IMG/VR virus record: IMGVR_UViG_3300044613_002638
Coordinates: 43,448-107,447 of that record
Direction: 5' to 3' (one strand)
Length of the DNA: 64,000 nt
From: a virus
Below are positions 20,139 through 30,800 of this stretch, piece by piece. Numbering within the stretch: the first letter of the stretch is position 1; each line of letters starts with the position of its first letter. The position numbers were made by a program, and so were the translations under genes. The notes beneath the pieces were generated by a model. The model was not told the DNA's origin. It ran no database searches and saw only the letters and a list, made by a program, of their open reading frames with translations.

Positions 20139-21103
20139 TGCCCTTGATTAAAAGCAATTATGGTATCATTGGTAATACTGTAACTGTAAGTGATTCAACA
20201 TCTGGTTTTTCTTCCAGTAGAATGGATCAACAGTTGTTGATTGCTGCAGGTAAATGGCCTAAATGGAAAGTTCCTGCACCACTGGTTGAGTATCTTGTTG
20301 TAGCAGGCGGTGGCGGTGGTGGACATGGTGGTGCTGGTGCCGGTGGATTATTGACAAGTAGTTTTAGCGCCGCGGCAGGAACAACATATACTGTAACAAT
20401 TGGCGGTGGTGGTAACGGTGATTCTTCTCCTTACCCTGGTCCATACACAGCTACAAATGGAACAGCGTCGTCGCTTGGTTCAATTACGGCCATTGGAGGT
20501 GGTAGAGGAGCTAGTTTTTCTCAAGGATCGCCGTACTCTGGGTGGCAAGGGGGTTCGGGCAGTGGAGGAACTTATGGAGGTAGTGGCGCCGATGGCACAG
20601 CAGGACAAGGTAATGCAGGAGGTAATGGACCATTTAACTCAGGTTATGGAATAGGAGGCGGAGGCGGTGGGGCAGTATCTGTAGGTCTTGCGGGCGCAGC
20701 TGACGGTAGCGGCGGTGCAGGTGGTAATGGTGGGGCAGGTTTGTATTCATCTATATCCGGAGCAAATGTAGCATATGCAGGAGGCGGTGGCGGGTCGTTA
20801 GACGGTAGGATGACCGGCACGAAAATAGCAGGTCAAGGAGGAGTAGGAGGTGGTGCTACAGCAGTTTTTGGCGACGGAGCGACTCCAAATTCTGGTAATG
20901 CGAATACTGGCGGCGGCGGTGGTGGAAATTATTTTGGTGTAGCAATTAATAACGGAGCAGGCGGTAACGGAGGATCAGGAATAGTAATTTTGAGATATTT
21001 GGACACATTTGCCAATGCTACTACCACAGGATCGCCTCAATTAACAATATCTGGCGGCTACAGAATATATAGATTCACCGGTGACGGATCTATTACTTTT
21101 TAA
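20138..21103 (+). CDS. Cassette 1 glycine-rich tip/adhesin
   Basis: VEYLVVAGGGGGG...GGSGIVILRY...YRFTGDGSITF; translationally coupled (TAATG). Confidence 0.75.
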   Translation: MPLIKSNYGIIGNTVTVSDSTSGFSSSRMDQQLLIAAGKWPKWKVPAPLVEYLVVAGGGGGGHGGAGAGGLLTSSFSAAAGTTYTVTIGGGGNGDSSPYPGPYTATNGTASSLGSITAIGGGRGASFSQGSPYSGWQGGSGSGGTYGGSGADGTAGQGNAGGNGPFNSGYGIGGGGGGAVSVGLAGAADGSGGAGGNGGAGLYSSISGANVAYAGGGGGSLDGRMTGTKIAGQGGVGGGATAVFGDGATPNSGNANTGGGGGGNYFGVAINNGAGGNGGSGIVILRYLDTFANATTTGSPQLTISGGYRIYRFTGDGSITF

Positions 21104-21114
21104 CATAATTTGAT

Positions 21115-21483
21115 ATGGCACATTTTGCAAAATTAGACGAAAATAATCAAGTGTTAGCGGTTCATGTAGTTAATAATGAAGTACTACTAGATTCTAATGG
21201 AACAGAGAGAGAAGAACTTGGCGTGGCTTTTTTAATTTCATGGTCGGGCGGCCATCCGTATTGGAAGCAAACCAGTTATAACAGCAATTTTAGGAAAAAT
21301 TATGCTGGCTTTGGCTTTACTTACGATAGCGACAGAGATGCCTTTGTTCCGCCACGCCCGTTTGCAAGTTGGACATTAGATGAAACAACTTGTCAATGGA
21401 TTTCGCCTGTGCCACATCCAGCAGATGGTGATCGGTATATATGGAACGAGGATACTGTAAGTTGGGAACTGTTTAACCCATAA
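21115..21483 (+). CDS. Cassette 1 small partner/chaperone
   Basis: MAHFAKL...WKQTSYN..FRKNYAG.G.TYD...DAF.PP.P..SW.LDE.TC.W..PVP.P; C-terminus shared with 26821. Confidence 0.75.
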   Translation: MAHFAKLDENNQVLAVHVVNNEVLLDSNGTEREELGVAFLISWSGGHPYWKQTSYNSNFRKNYAGFGFTYDSDRDAFVPPRPFASWTLDETTCQWISPVPHPADGDRYIWNEDTVSWELFNP

Positions 21484-21520
21484 ATATGAAATCATAGGAA
21501 AATAGATGACATTTCCAGTT
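21460..21520 (+). repeat. Cassette junction repeat, copy 1 (chaperone 3' end, stop/TAAATA promoter, RBS, anchor start)
   Basis: AGTTGGGAACTGTTTAACCCATAAATATGAAA near-identical to the copy starting at 27205. Confidence 0.85.
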
Positions 21521-21787
21521 GCTCCAATAAACGGCGATACAACCACAGTCAATGGTATAAGCTATGTCTATGATTCCTCATTGCGGAGTTGGACTAGAGT
21601 AACCTCTACCTTGGGCAACATAACAGTTTCAAATAATGCCAACATTACAGGTAATTTGACTGTAGGCGGTAATGTCACAGCAGACAGATTTACAACTACC
21701 GCAGGCGTATTTTACGCAAACAACACATCATATAATTCAGACGTAGCTTCGTTATCAGTGGCCATGTCAATTATATACGGAGGATAA
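21506..21787 (+). CDS. Cassette 2 anchor (MTFPVAPINGD)
   Basis: FPxxPxNG N-terminus; ends AMSIIYGG; TAAATA at 21481-21486. Confidence 0.75.
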   Translation: MTFPVAPINGDTTTVNGISYVYDSSLRSWTRVTSTLGNITVSNNANITGNLTVGGNVTADRFTTTAGVFYANNTSYNSDVASLSVAMSIIYGG

Positions 21788-21788
21788 C

Positions 21789-22145
21789 ATGGCAGCACCC
21801 AACATAAGAAACGTATCAACAATTATTGGCAAGTCAATTTATGCAAATTTAACTACGGTATATTCTAATGTAATTACCAATGGATCAACATCAGGCAACG
21901 TGTTAAAGGTAAATGAAATTACTGTGAGCAATTATACTGGTACAGGAGTAAGTTGTAACGTACAAGTGGGTAGAGGATCATCATTGTTTTTTATTGTAGG
22001 CAACATATCAGTTCCGGCGTCTAGTACACTGGTAGTAGTGGCCAAAGATACCAACTTGTATTTAGAAGAAGGTGATTACATACAGGCCAATGCCACTGCC
22101 AATGTAACAGCACACTTAATTGCAAGCTATGAGGTTATTTCTTAA
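21789..22145 (+). CDS. Cassette 2 adaptor (118-aa MAAPN family)
   Basis: Paralogue of 19782 and 25460. Confidence 0.8.
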   Translation: MAAPNIRNVSTIIGKSIYANLTTVYSNVITNGSTSGNVLKVNEITVSNYTGTGVSCNVQVGRGSSLFFIVGNISVPASSTLVVVAKDTNLYLEEGDYIQANATANVTAHLIASYEVIS

Positions 22146-24322
22146 TGCCACGTACAAGATTTAACAATGGTGTTCTTGGGCCAAGACAGACTACCACTGC
22201 TAGCGCAGCAGCTGGTTTGTTTGGCCTAGTAGATCATCAGGTGTTAACTGGTGGGGGACTGTTTCCACGTAGTCCTTTGCCGTTGACTGGAGATGAATTT
22301 TTTCCGTATGTGCCATTATTGATAAATGCCGATAGTACCAATGGAGCCACTAATAACACTTTTCTTGACTCGAGTCAGAATAACACAACCTTAACACCTT
22401 TTGGTACCATGTCTCAAGGATCCTTTTCGCCTTTTGGAGACAATTGGTCAAATTATTTTGACGGTACAGGTGATTATCTTAGTATAGCTGATAATGCTGC
22501 ATTTGAATTAGGCAGTAACGATTTTACAATTGAAATGTGGATACATACAACATCCACAAATCAATATCAAACTTTTGTAGGTAAAGATTCTGCTGCCGGG
22601 ACTCGCGGATTTATATTAACTTCAGATACCCGCTCTTTAATTTTTGCAGTTGCAGGGGCAGCATCAGTAACCACTACAGGAAAATTTGATGTAGCAAAAT
22701 GGAATTTACTTACAATAACTCGGTCAGGAAATACTATCTATCTTGGTATAAATGGAACAGTTGAGAGCTTTTCATGGACCGCAGCTATTCCTGACGCATC
22801 TTCGCCATTGACTATTGCTTCACAACTTACGCCAGGCAGTGTTTACGTAAACTATTTTTCAGGGTACATATCTAACTTACGAATAGTAAATGGATCATCT
22901 GTGGCCACATATAGATCAAATTTTAGTGTACCAACCGCGCCGTTGACTGCTATCGCTAATACCTCACTGCTCACTTGTCAAAGTAATCGTTTTAGAGATA
23001 ATAGCACAAATAATTTTGCAATTACTGTGGCTGGAGATGTGTCTGTACAAAGATTTTCACCATTTAGTCCTGCAACTAGCTATTCAACTAGTACCATCAG
23101 CGGTGGCCTGGGTAAATTTGTTGGCAGCAATTATATTACTTTGCCAAGTAGTAATTTTGCATTTGGAACTGCCAGCTTCACAGTTGAACTATGGTTGTAT
23201 TATATTCCTGCCGAAACCGTGGCATCATACGGATGTTTTTTTGATAACGGTTCGCAAGGAGTATTTTTATCATTTGGTACCAGTAAAAATAATTTATTAT
23301 TTTATGGCACTGCCAATAACGATACAACAGGATTTCCACATGGCATGGCCGGAAATACTTGGAATCATCTCGCATTTGTAAGAAACGGTACAACAATGAC
23401 CATATATGTTAATGGATCGTCAATTGGATCATGGTCTGGCATTACAGGATCAAGTAGTCCTGGCAGTGCAACAGCATTTGTAGGAACTTATTCATTGGCG
23501 CCTGTTAGCTATCCTTGCGGAGGTTACATTGCAAATATGCGAGTAGTTAACGGTGTAGCAGTATACACTGGTAATTTTACACCGCCAATAGCACCGTTAA
23601 CTACTGCTGGTGCTAGTTCTGCAGCCTGTTATCCAAGCACAACAAATGTTAATATTTCTTTTGCTGCGTCTAGTACCAGCTTGTTATTAAATGGAGCCAA
23701 TTCGAATATCGTAGATCAAGCCGCTATGAATTTGTTAGGCACTATAGGTCAAGCTCAAGTGAGCACAGCGCAAAGTAAATTTGGTGGCAGTTCTATACTA
23801 TTTGACGGCGACCAAGACTATATACGAATGCCATCAAGTCCCATGATATCAAATTGGTTTTTGGGTGATTACACAATAGAGTATTGGATATATCCTAATG
23901 CATTCAATTCAAGCACAAATGGCGGATCAAATGTTTTCAGTCAGGCAACACCAGCCAGCACCGGAGAATATTTTTCTTTTGGTCCAAGAGCCAGTGGAGT
24001 TGTTGTTTTTTATTATTATAATGGTGCCGCTCAAACAATTACTTCGGGAAGTATCAGTACAGGAACCTGGACCCATTTAGCAGCCACATATGAAAAATCA
24101 TCGAACACACTTAGGATTTTTATTAACGGAACACTCACAACTTCTACTACAATTTCCGGAACACCTTTATTGGGACCTGCAGATGCAACTGCTCCAATTT
24201 TGGTAGGAGCCAGTGCAAACGCACAATTTAACGGATACATTGACGATTTAAGGATAACATCTGGCATAGCAAGATACACTAGCACTTTTACACCACCAAC
24301 CACGAATTTCGCATTAAGATAG
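22145..24322 (+). CDS. Cassette 2 tip: concanavalin A-like/LamG lectin repeat protein (3 domains)
   Basis: Repeated FDG.GDYL...DFTIE.W...W.H.A..R.G....YxNG...GYI.N/D.R...G units. Confidence 0.85.
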   Translation: MPRTRFNNGVLGPRQTTTASAAAGLFGLVDHQVLTGGGLFPRSPLPLTGDEFFPYVPLLINADSTNGATNNTFLDSSQNNTTLTPFGTMSQGSFSPFGDNWSNYFDGTGDYLSIADNAAFELGSNDFTIEMWIHTTSTNQYQTFVGKDSAAGTRGFILTSDTRSLIFAVAGAASVTTTGKFDVAKWNLLTITRSGNTIYLGINGTVESFSWTAAIPDASSPLTIASQLTPGSVYVNYFSGYISNLRIVNGSSVATYRSNFSVPTAPLTAIANTSLLTCQSNRFRDNSTNNFAITVAGDVSVQRFSPFSPATSYSTSTISGGLGKFVGSNYITLPSSNFAFGTASFTVELWLYYIPAETVASYGCFFDNGSQGVFLSFGTSKNNLLFYGTANNDTTGFPHGMAGNTWNHLAFVRNGTTMTIYVNGSSIGSWSGITGSSSPGSATAFVGTYSLAPVSYPCGGYIANMRVVNGVAVYTGNFTPPIAPLTTAGASSAACYPSTTNVNISFAASSTSLLLNGANSNIVDQAAMNLLGTIGQAQVSTAQSKFGGSSILFDGDQDYIRMPSSPMISNWFLGDYTIEYWIYPNAFNSSTNGGSNVFSQATPASTGEYFSFGPRASGVVVFYYYNGAAQTITSGSISTGTWTHLAATYEKSSNTLRIFINGTLTTSTTISGTPLLGPADATAPILVGASANAQFNGYIDDLRITSGIARYTSTFTPPTTNFALR

Positions 24323-24330
24323 GATAAAAA

Positions 24331-24783
24331 ATGTTCATAGCAAAAATACTAAACGGACAAGTTGTACAAGTAGTAGATTCAAGAGAAGTGTTTGCGACTA
24401 CAGCTCCAACCGCACAACAACTAGTTGAAAACAGTTACATGCAGGTTAATCTATTTAGACCGCATGATAGATTGACTGAAAAACTAGTCACATGTGAACC
24501 AGTAATTGAAGGGGCGTGGGTATATACAGTAGAGGTACAGCCAATGACTGATCAAGAAATTCAAGCAGCCAAAGATTCTGCTATGGCACAGATTAGAGCA
24601 CAAAGAAACGCTTTATTAAAACAATCAGATTATACACAAATTGCCGACAATCCTGATCCCAAGAAAGCAGAATGGGCCGCGTATAGACAAACCCTAAGAG
24701 ATTTACCCGCTAATATCACAGGTGATCCAAGAACGTTTACAGACTGGCCCACTGACCCAGATTGGCAACCCATGGGTCAATAA
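24331..24783 (+). CDS. Cassette 2 tail fibre assembly chaperone
   Basis: IRAQRNALLKQSDYTQIAD...EWAAYRQTLRDLP...WPTDP. Confidence 0.85.
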   Translation: MFIAKILNGQVVQVVDSREVFATTAPTAQQLVENSYMQVNLFRPHDRLTEKLVTCEPVIEGAWVYTVEVQPMTDQEIQAAKDSAMAQIRAQRNALLKQSDYTQIADNPDPKKAEWAAYRQTLRDLPANITGDPRTFTDWPTDPDWQPMGQ

Positions 24784-24804
24784 ATAGATTAATTAGGATA
24801 ATAA

Positions 24805-25458
24805 ATGACATTTCCAGTCGCACCAACAAACGGTCAATCCGCAACAGTAAATGGTATTAGGTACATCTACAACAGTACCGACAATGCTTGGTACAGGCAG
24901 ACCAGCCCTGTTGCTAATTTAACTGTTTCTGGAAATATTGTCACAAATAAATTATTCACCGCCCAAGGTCTATTCTGGGCCGGCAATGGACAAGTAATTG
25001 CAACTGGCGGTGGCGGTGGCGGAGGTTTAACATTCACTGCAGATACTGCTCCGCCAACCAGCGGTAACATCAGCGGAGATCAATGGTATAACACCACAAC
25101 TGATATTTTATATGAATATATCAATGACGGCACAACAAGTTACTGGATTGATACACAGAGTCTAGGTCAAGTTGGAAATATTACAACTATAGCAGATGCT
25201 ACCTTGCAAGGTAATCTAGTGGTAGGTTTGGGAAATGTTTACAGCATTGGTGCCAGTAATGGTTTTGTTAAAAATATTTTTTCTCACAGCATTACGGCTA
25301 ATATTGTAACTGTACAAGGTAATATTACTGCTGCCAATGTTACTACATCGGGAAATATACAGGCAAGTTTTGTTCATGGTGATGGATCAAAATTAACAAA
25401 TTTAAATGCGGCAAGCACAGGAAAGGCTATCGCAATGTCGATAGTGTTCGGAGGATAA
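24805..25458 (+). CDS. Cassette 3 anchor (MTFPVAPTNGQ)
   Basis: FPxxPxNG N-terminus; GDQWY module; ends GKAIAMSIVFGG; TAAATA at 24781-24786. Confidence 0.75.
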   Translation: MTFPVAPTNGQSATVNGIRYIYNSTDNAWYRQTSPVANLTVSGNIVTNKLFTAQGLFWAGNGQVIATGGGGGGGLTFTADTAPPTSGNISGDQWYNTTTDILYEYINDGTTSYWIDTQSLGQVGNITTIADATLQGNLVVGLGNVYSIGASNGFVKNIFSHSITANIVTVQGNITAANVTTSGNIQASFVHGDGSKLTNLNAASTGKAIAMSIVFGG

Positions 25459-25459
25459 C

Positions 25460-25816
25460 ATGGCAGCACCTAACATAGTAAATGTGACTACAATTTTTGG
25501 AAAAACAAACGTTGCAGTTTTAAACACTACGCTATCTAATGTTTTAGTAAATTCTAGCACATCAGGTAATGTAATTAAAGTCAACGATATTACAATTAGC
25601 AATTTCACTGGCAGTGCAATGTATGCAAATTTAACTTTTGGAAGAGGTAGTTCGCTTTACTTTATTGCAGGTACACTAACTTTGCCTGCTTATTCCACAG
25701 TAGCCGCTATTGGTAAAGATACCACTATATACTTAGAAGAAGGCGATTATTTGCAGGCAAATACATCGTCGGCTACAGGATCGCACCTAATAGTGTCATA
25801 TGAATCTATAAATTAA
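25460..25816 (+). CDS. Cassette 3 adaptor (118-aa MAAPN family)
   Basis: Paralogue of 19782 and 21789. Confidence 0.8.
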   Translation: MAAPNIVNVTTIFGKTNVAVLNTTLSNVLVNSSTSGNVIKVNDITISNFTGSAMYANLTFGRGSSLYFIAGTLTLPAYSTVAAIGKDTTIYLEEGDYLQANTSSATGSHLIVSYESIN

Positions 25817-25817
25817 A

Positions 25818-26819
25818 ATGCCTAGAGTAAGATCAAATTATTCAATATTAGGTAATGCCGTACCTACTTCAAATTCTACAGTAGGAAGAATGGCATCACT
25901 AGCCGACGTAAGAAATCTACAAAGCGAGGGATACTGGTATCAAAGTGTTCCTTCACAAAGTGTGTATACAACTCCTGGTACCTATACTTGGACAGCACCT
26001 CCGGGAGTAACAAGTGTATGTGCTGTGGTAGTTGGCGGTGGTGGCTGCGGAGATAATGGAAACAGCGGCGATGGCGGTGGAGGCGGCGGAGCCGGGGGTG
26101 CTCTAGCATATGCTAACAATATTACAGTGATACCAGGTAACAATTATACCGTTGTTGTAGGAGCAGGGGGTAGCGACGCAAATGGGTTTGGAGTAAGAGC
26201 ACAATCAGGCGGAAATTCAAGTGTTACATTTAGTACTTTTGTAATGACTGCACAAGGTGGCCAAGGAGGTGATCCATATAGTGCAGATCCCGGAGCACCG
26301 GCCAGCGTGTTTAGTTTTACAAATACGCCAGTGGGTGTAACCACTGACGGTGGTCAAGGTGGCGGCGGTGGTGCTGGTTGGAATGGAGGCGGCGGGGGAG
26401 GCGGAGCTGGTGGATATGGAAACCGTGGCGGTAACGGTAGTCGATCATCTACCAGCCGTACTAATTTCACAACTGTAAATGCATTAGGCACCGGTGCTGG
26501 CGGTGGCGGTGGCGCTCAAACTGCTGCTGGCACCGGTCTTAGCGGTGGGGGCAATGGCGGAACTGGGGGCGATGATCTGACAGGTGGCGGTGGCGGAGGA
26601 GCCACAATTTTTAGCAATACGAACCCTGTAAGCAACGGTGGTAACGGAAATAATTTAACTTCTGCTGGATCAAAAGGAGGCAATGGCGGAAATTGGGGTG
26701 GTGGCGGCGGAGGCTCATATGATAATGGCACAGGAATCGCCGCTGCAGGTGCTAGTGGAGCAGTTAAAATTTTGTGGGGTGCCGGTAGATCTTTTCCAAC
26801 TAATGCTTGGGATGTATAG
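25818..26819 (+). CDS. Cassette 3 glycine-rich tip/adhesin
   Basis: YTTPGTYTWTAPPGVTSVCAVVVGGGG...GAVKILWGAGRSFP. Confidence 0.75.
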   Translation: MPRVRSNYSILGNAVPTSNSTVGRMASLADVRNLQSEGYWYQSVPSQSVYTTPGTYTWTAPPGVTSVCAVVVGGGGCGDNGNSGDGGGGGGAGGALAYANNITVIPGNNYTVVVGAGGSDANGFGVRAQSGGNSSVTFSTFVMTAQGGQGGDPYSADPGAPASVFSFTNTPVGVTTDGGQGGGGGAGWNGGGGGGGAGGYGNRGGNGSRSSTSRTNFTTVNALGTGAGGGGGAQTAAGTGLSGGGNGGTGGDDLTGGGGGGATIFSNTNPVSNGGNGNNLTSAGSKGGNGGNWGGGGGGSYDNGTGIAAAGASGAVKILWGAGRSFPTNAWDV

Positions 26820-26820
26820 T

Positions 26821-27228
26821 ATGAATTTATATATTAGAATTGTAGACGGACAAATAACAGATCATCCTATATTAGAAAGCAATCTATTACAAGCCTATCC
26901 TGGTATTGATCTAAATAACTCTCAAGAATATGTTAAGTTTACGAGAATTCCTAAAGATGTGTCTGAAGGTACTTATGAAATCGCCTATTACACCTACGAA
27001 TGGGATGGTGATACAGTTCGAGATGCATGGCATACGAGACCAATGACCACCGCGGAAAGATTGGCAAAACAAGAAACGACAAAACAAGACTGGCAAACTT
27101 ATGGTTATCCAAGTTGGCAATTCAACGAAACAACTTGCAGTTTTGAAGCACCTGTGCCTCATCCCAATGACGGAAACAAATACAGGTGGAGCGAAGCAAC
27201 ACTGAGTTGGGAACTGTTTACCCCATAA
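26821..27228 (+). CDS. Cassette 3 small partner/chaperone; true start 26821 (MNLYIRI)
   Basis: ATG 1 nt after upstream stop; C-terminal SWQFNETTC.FEAPVPHP.DG..Y.W.E...SWELF shared with 21115. Confidence 0.75.
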   Translation: MNLYIRIVDGQITDHPILESNLLQAYPGIDLNNSQEYVKFTRIPKDVSEGTYEIAYYTYEWDGDTVRDAWHTRPMTTAERLAKQETTKQDWQTYGYPSWQFNETTCSFEAPVPHPNDGNKYRWSEATLSWELFTP

Positions 27229-27265
27229 ATATGAAACTATAGGATAAAAAATGAGCTTTCCGGTC
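27205..27265 (+). repeat. Cassette junction repeat, copy 2
   Basis: AGTTGGGAACTGTTTACCCCATAAATATGAAA; compare copy at 21460. Confidence 0.85.
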
Positions 27266-27550
27266 TCACCAGTTAACGGTCAAATTACTACTGTAAACGG
27301 AATTAGATACAGTTTTAATTCCACTGTAAATAGCTGGACTAGAATAAGTCCTGGTAGATATACCGCGTCTGCCACTGGTCCTACCAATGCTTCTACTGGT
27401 GATCATTGGTACGACACAAATGAAGATGTACTTTATGAATGGACATTTGATGGCACAAGTTACTACTGGGTGGATATATCTTCAGGACTGGTAGCAGGCA
27501 CCACCACTACCGTGTTGCCATTTCATCCATTTTTATTATCAGGAATGTAA
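27251..27550 (+). CDS. Cassette 4 anchor (MSFPVSPVNGQ)
   Basis: FPxxPxNG N-terminus; GDHWY module; ends FHPFLLSGM. Confidence 0.75.
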   Translation: MSFPVSPVNGQITTVNGIRYSFNSTVNSWTRISPGRYTASATGPTNASTGDHWYDTNEDVLYEWTFDGTSYYWVDISSGLVAGTTTTVLPFHPFLLSGM

Positions 27551-27559
27551 GGATACCGT

Positions 27560-27889
27560 ATGCCAACAGTTTATAAAGTTTTAGGACAAGTTAATCCCAG
27601 TGCAACCACCGACACAACATTGTACACAGTGCCTGCAGGCAATAGCACTGTGGTATCAACTTTAACTGTGTGTAATCAAATTGGCACAGCAGCAAATTTT
27701 AGAGTAGCTGTCAGGCCCGCTGGCGAAGCATTATCTAATAAACATTATTTAAATTTTGATACACAGATTCCTGCCAATGATCAAATTGCTCTTACTCTTG
27801 GTATTACACTAGCAGCTACCGATGTAGTCACAGTGTATGCCAACACAGCAACAATGTCATTTAATCTTTTTGGCACTGAGATGTTCTAA
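27560..27889 (+). CDS. Cassette 4 adaptor (109 aa, divergent family member)
   Basis: LYTVP....VVSTLTVCN...IPAND...L..GITL...DVV; same size and slot as the MAAPN proteins. Confidence 0.75.
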   Translation: MPTVYKVLGQVNPSATTDTTLYTVPAGNSTVVSTLTVCNQIGTAANFRVAVRPAGEALSNKHYLNFDTQIPANDQIALTLGITLAATDVVTVYANTATMSFNLFGTEMF

Positions 27890-30800
27890 TGGGCATTAGA
27901 AAAGCATCAGCTCAGACCGCAGTAAACCGTGGTACTCTAGCAGCAGCAGCCGTTACTGTGAATCAGATCACTATTGCTCCTGCCACAGCCACTTCAGTTG
28001 CCGGCGGCGGGTCGCTAGGCGGAGTAACAATAAGCAATGTTGCTATCACCGATTCCACATTTGCCAATGTGCTCAGTGGTGATACAGCAATCAGTTCTGC
28101 AGGTGGATTTGTTCGTGTCACTGGCACAGGATTCAAAACCAATGCCAATGTGTTTTTTGGCAACACGCTTTGTGCAAATACATTTATAAATTCCACACAG
28201 ATAAATGCCAACATACCTGCTAGTTCTAATGGAAGCTATCAATTTACCGTGTTTAATACCGACGGCACAGGCGGCATATGGGTGCCAGGACTGGCAGTGT
28301 CTGGACCACCCGCATGGACGCAAACCACATATTCAGCAACTTCATTGACATTAAACATTCAATTGTTAGCATCAGGCGACGCACCACTGACATATTACAT
28401 ACAACCAGGCAGCGCAAATCCGCAGAATTTGGCTGTGAGCACGTCGGGCTTGCTAACCGGCACGGTGCCAACTGATGGCAGCTATGACCTTACTGTAATT
28501 GTAGATGATGCACAAGCACAATCAGTGCAGGCCACTATCAGTATCGCAGTCAGTACATTTGATACATATTTTAATTTAACCACACTAGCATTGCCAGCAG
28601 ATACTGGTGCCAATGTATGGATTCGCGATTCAAGTACCAATGATTTTAATTTAACTGTGAATGGCGATGCTAGGCCCTCGAAGGTTAGTCCTTATCTTGC
28701 CAACTGGAGTAACTTCTTTGATGGCAATGGTGACAGAATACAAATTGCCAATACCTCCGCGCTGGATTTTGGAACTGGGGATTTCACAATTGAATGCTGG
28801 GTTTACAGCGTAGCTTCGTTAACAAGTTATAGCCTAGAATATGCGCACCTATTGGGAAAAGGTAATGGCAACGGAGGCGGAACCTACGCATTAAGTTTTT
28901 ATCAATCAAAGATATATTTCGCCGGTATACCATTACAAGGAGCTACAACTTTATCTGCTGGAGTGTGGTATCATTTTGCAGCCACAAGGAGTGGATCAAC
29001 CTTCAGACTTTTTGTGAACGGTGTGCAGGATGCCACAACAACAAACTCAACCAATTTTACAAGTTCAGAATCTTTCAATATTGGCGATCGCCGAAACGGC
29101 GACCCTAGTGCCAATTATCCTTTCAATGGTTACATATCTAATGTTCGTGTAGTCAAGGGCACGGCACTTTATACAAGTAACTTTACTCCTTCGACTACAC
29201 CATTAACTGCGGTGGCAAATACACAACTTTTAACGTGTCAAAGCAATAGGTTCAGAGATAATAGCACAAATGCTTTTGCTGTTACAGTAGAAGGTAATAC
29301 CACTGTACAAACGTTCGCTCCATTTATAGAAACTGACCAAAATATAGGTAGCGGTTATTTTGATGGCACAGGAGACTTTATATCGCTGACAAATAGCGCA
29401 CCTGTGAATTTTGGGTCTAGCAATTTTACTGTGGAATTTTGGGTATATCCAACTAAGTTGGGTGCTGCGATGGTATTTTTCTCTACTAAAGCTGACAGTA
29501 CGCAGACTGGAGATGTTGATATCAGAACTGACTACATTGGCGCAACCACTACAACATTTTATGTTTCCGGCGGCGGCGGTTCAATAACCACAACGTTTAC
29601 TGGTTGTTTTATTAATCAGTGGACACATATTGCATTGGCCAGAAACGGCGCTACAGTTACTCTTTATTTTAATGGCACGGTAGCTGCATCAACTAGTGGA
29701 GGTACTCAAGGAACTAGCAACTTGGCTGGTATACGTATAGGTGGAGGGTCAGGATTGCCTGCTGCAGGGTATGAAAGTACCACCGGATACATCGCTGATT
29801 TTCGTATCATAAACGGATCTACTGCATATACAGGGGCATTTACTCCGCCTAGTATAAGTCTTACTGCTGTAGCTAATACTAGTTTCTTATCGCTGCAATA
29901 TCCACAAGGTGAAAACAATCAGAGATTTGTAGATCAAAGCACAAATAGATTTGTGATCAATCGTAACGGTAGTAATACCACGCAAGGTACATTCAGCCCG
30001 TTTAGCCAGACGGGGTGGAGTAATTTCTTTGATGGAAGTGGGGATTTCTTAAGTTGGAACTCTGGTAGTTCTGTTGCTTTTGGTACTGGAGATTTTACCG
30101 TAGAGGCATTTGTTTATGTCACCAGTACGCCAAACACAAAATATATTATTGATGCGCGGGATTCATCAAATACGGGCGCATGGGCATTTGCGTTTGGATT
30201 AGGCGGTATTGGTTACAAGTTGGGATTCTTTGACGGCACAACTACGATTGAAGAAGCCACAGCATCAATACCAAATAACTCTTGGCAACATTGTGTTGCT
30301 GTTCGTTCTGGAACAACATTATCTGTTTACTTGAACGGTAGTAGAGTTGCTACTGCAACAAACTCAAAGAACCTAAATGTTTCCCCGACCACTAGTTATA
30401 TTGGAACTAGATATACAGGTTCCGGTTATGACCTAGAAGGATACATTTCTAACGTAAGAATAATAAAAGGTACTGCTGCTTATGACCCAACACAAACAAC
30501 TATTACAGTACCTACTGCACAACTTACAGATGTAACAAATACTGTATTACTGACTTGTGCAAGCAATAGGTTCTTTGACAAAAATACGCAAGCAACTGCA
30601 AAGACAATTACAGTTGCTGGCGGCACCCCGTCCGTCCAAGCCTTCAGCCCATTCGCTTCCGCTGCCGAATATAACGCAGCAGCCGTAGGTGGTAGTGGTT
30701 ATTTTAATGGCATCGATTCCAATGAATTATGGGTATCAAATAATACAGGCCTCAACTTGGCCAGTGCGGCATGGACTGCGGAATGCTGGGTGTATTTAAT

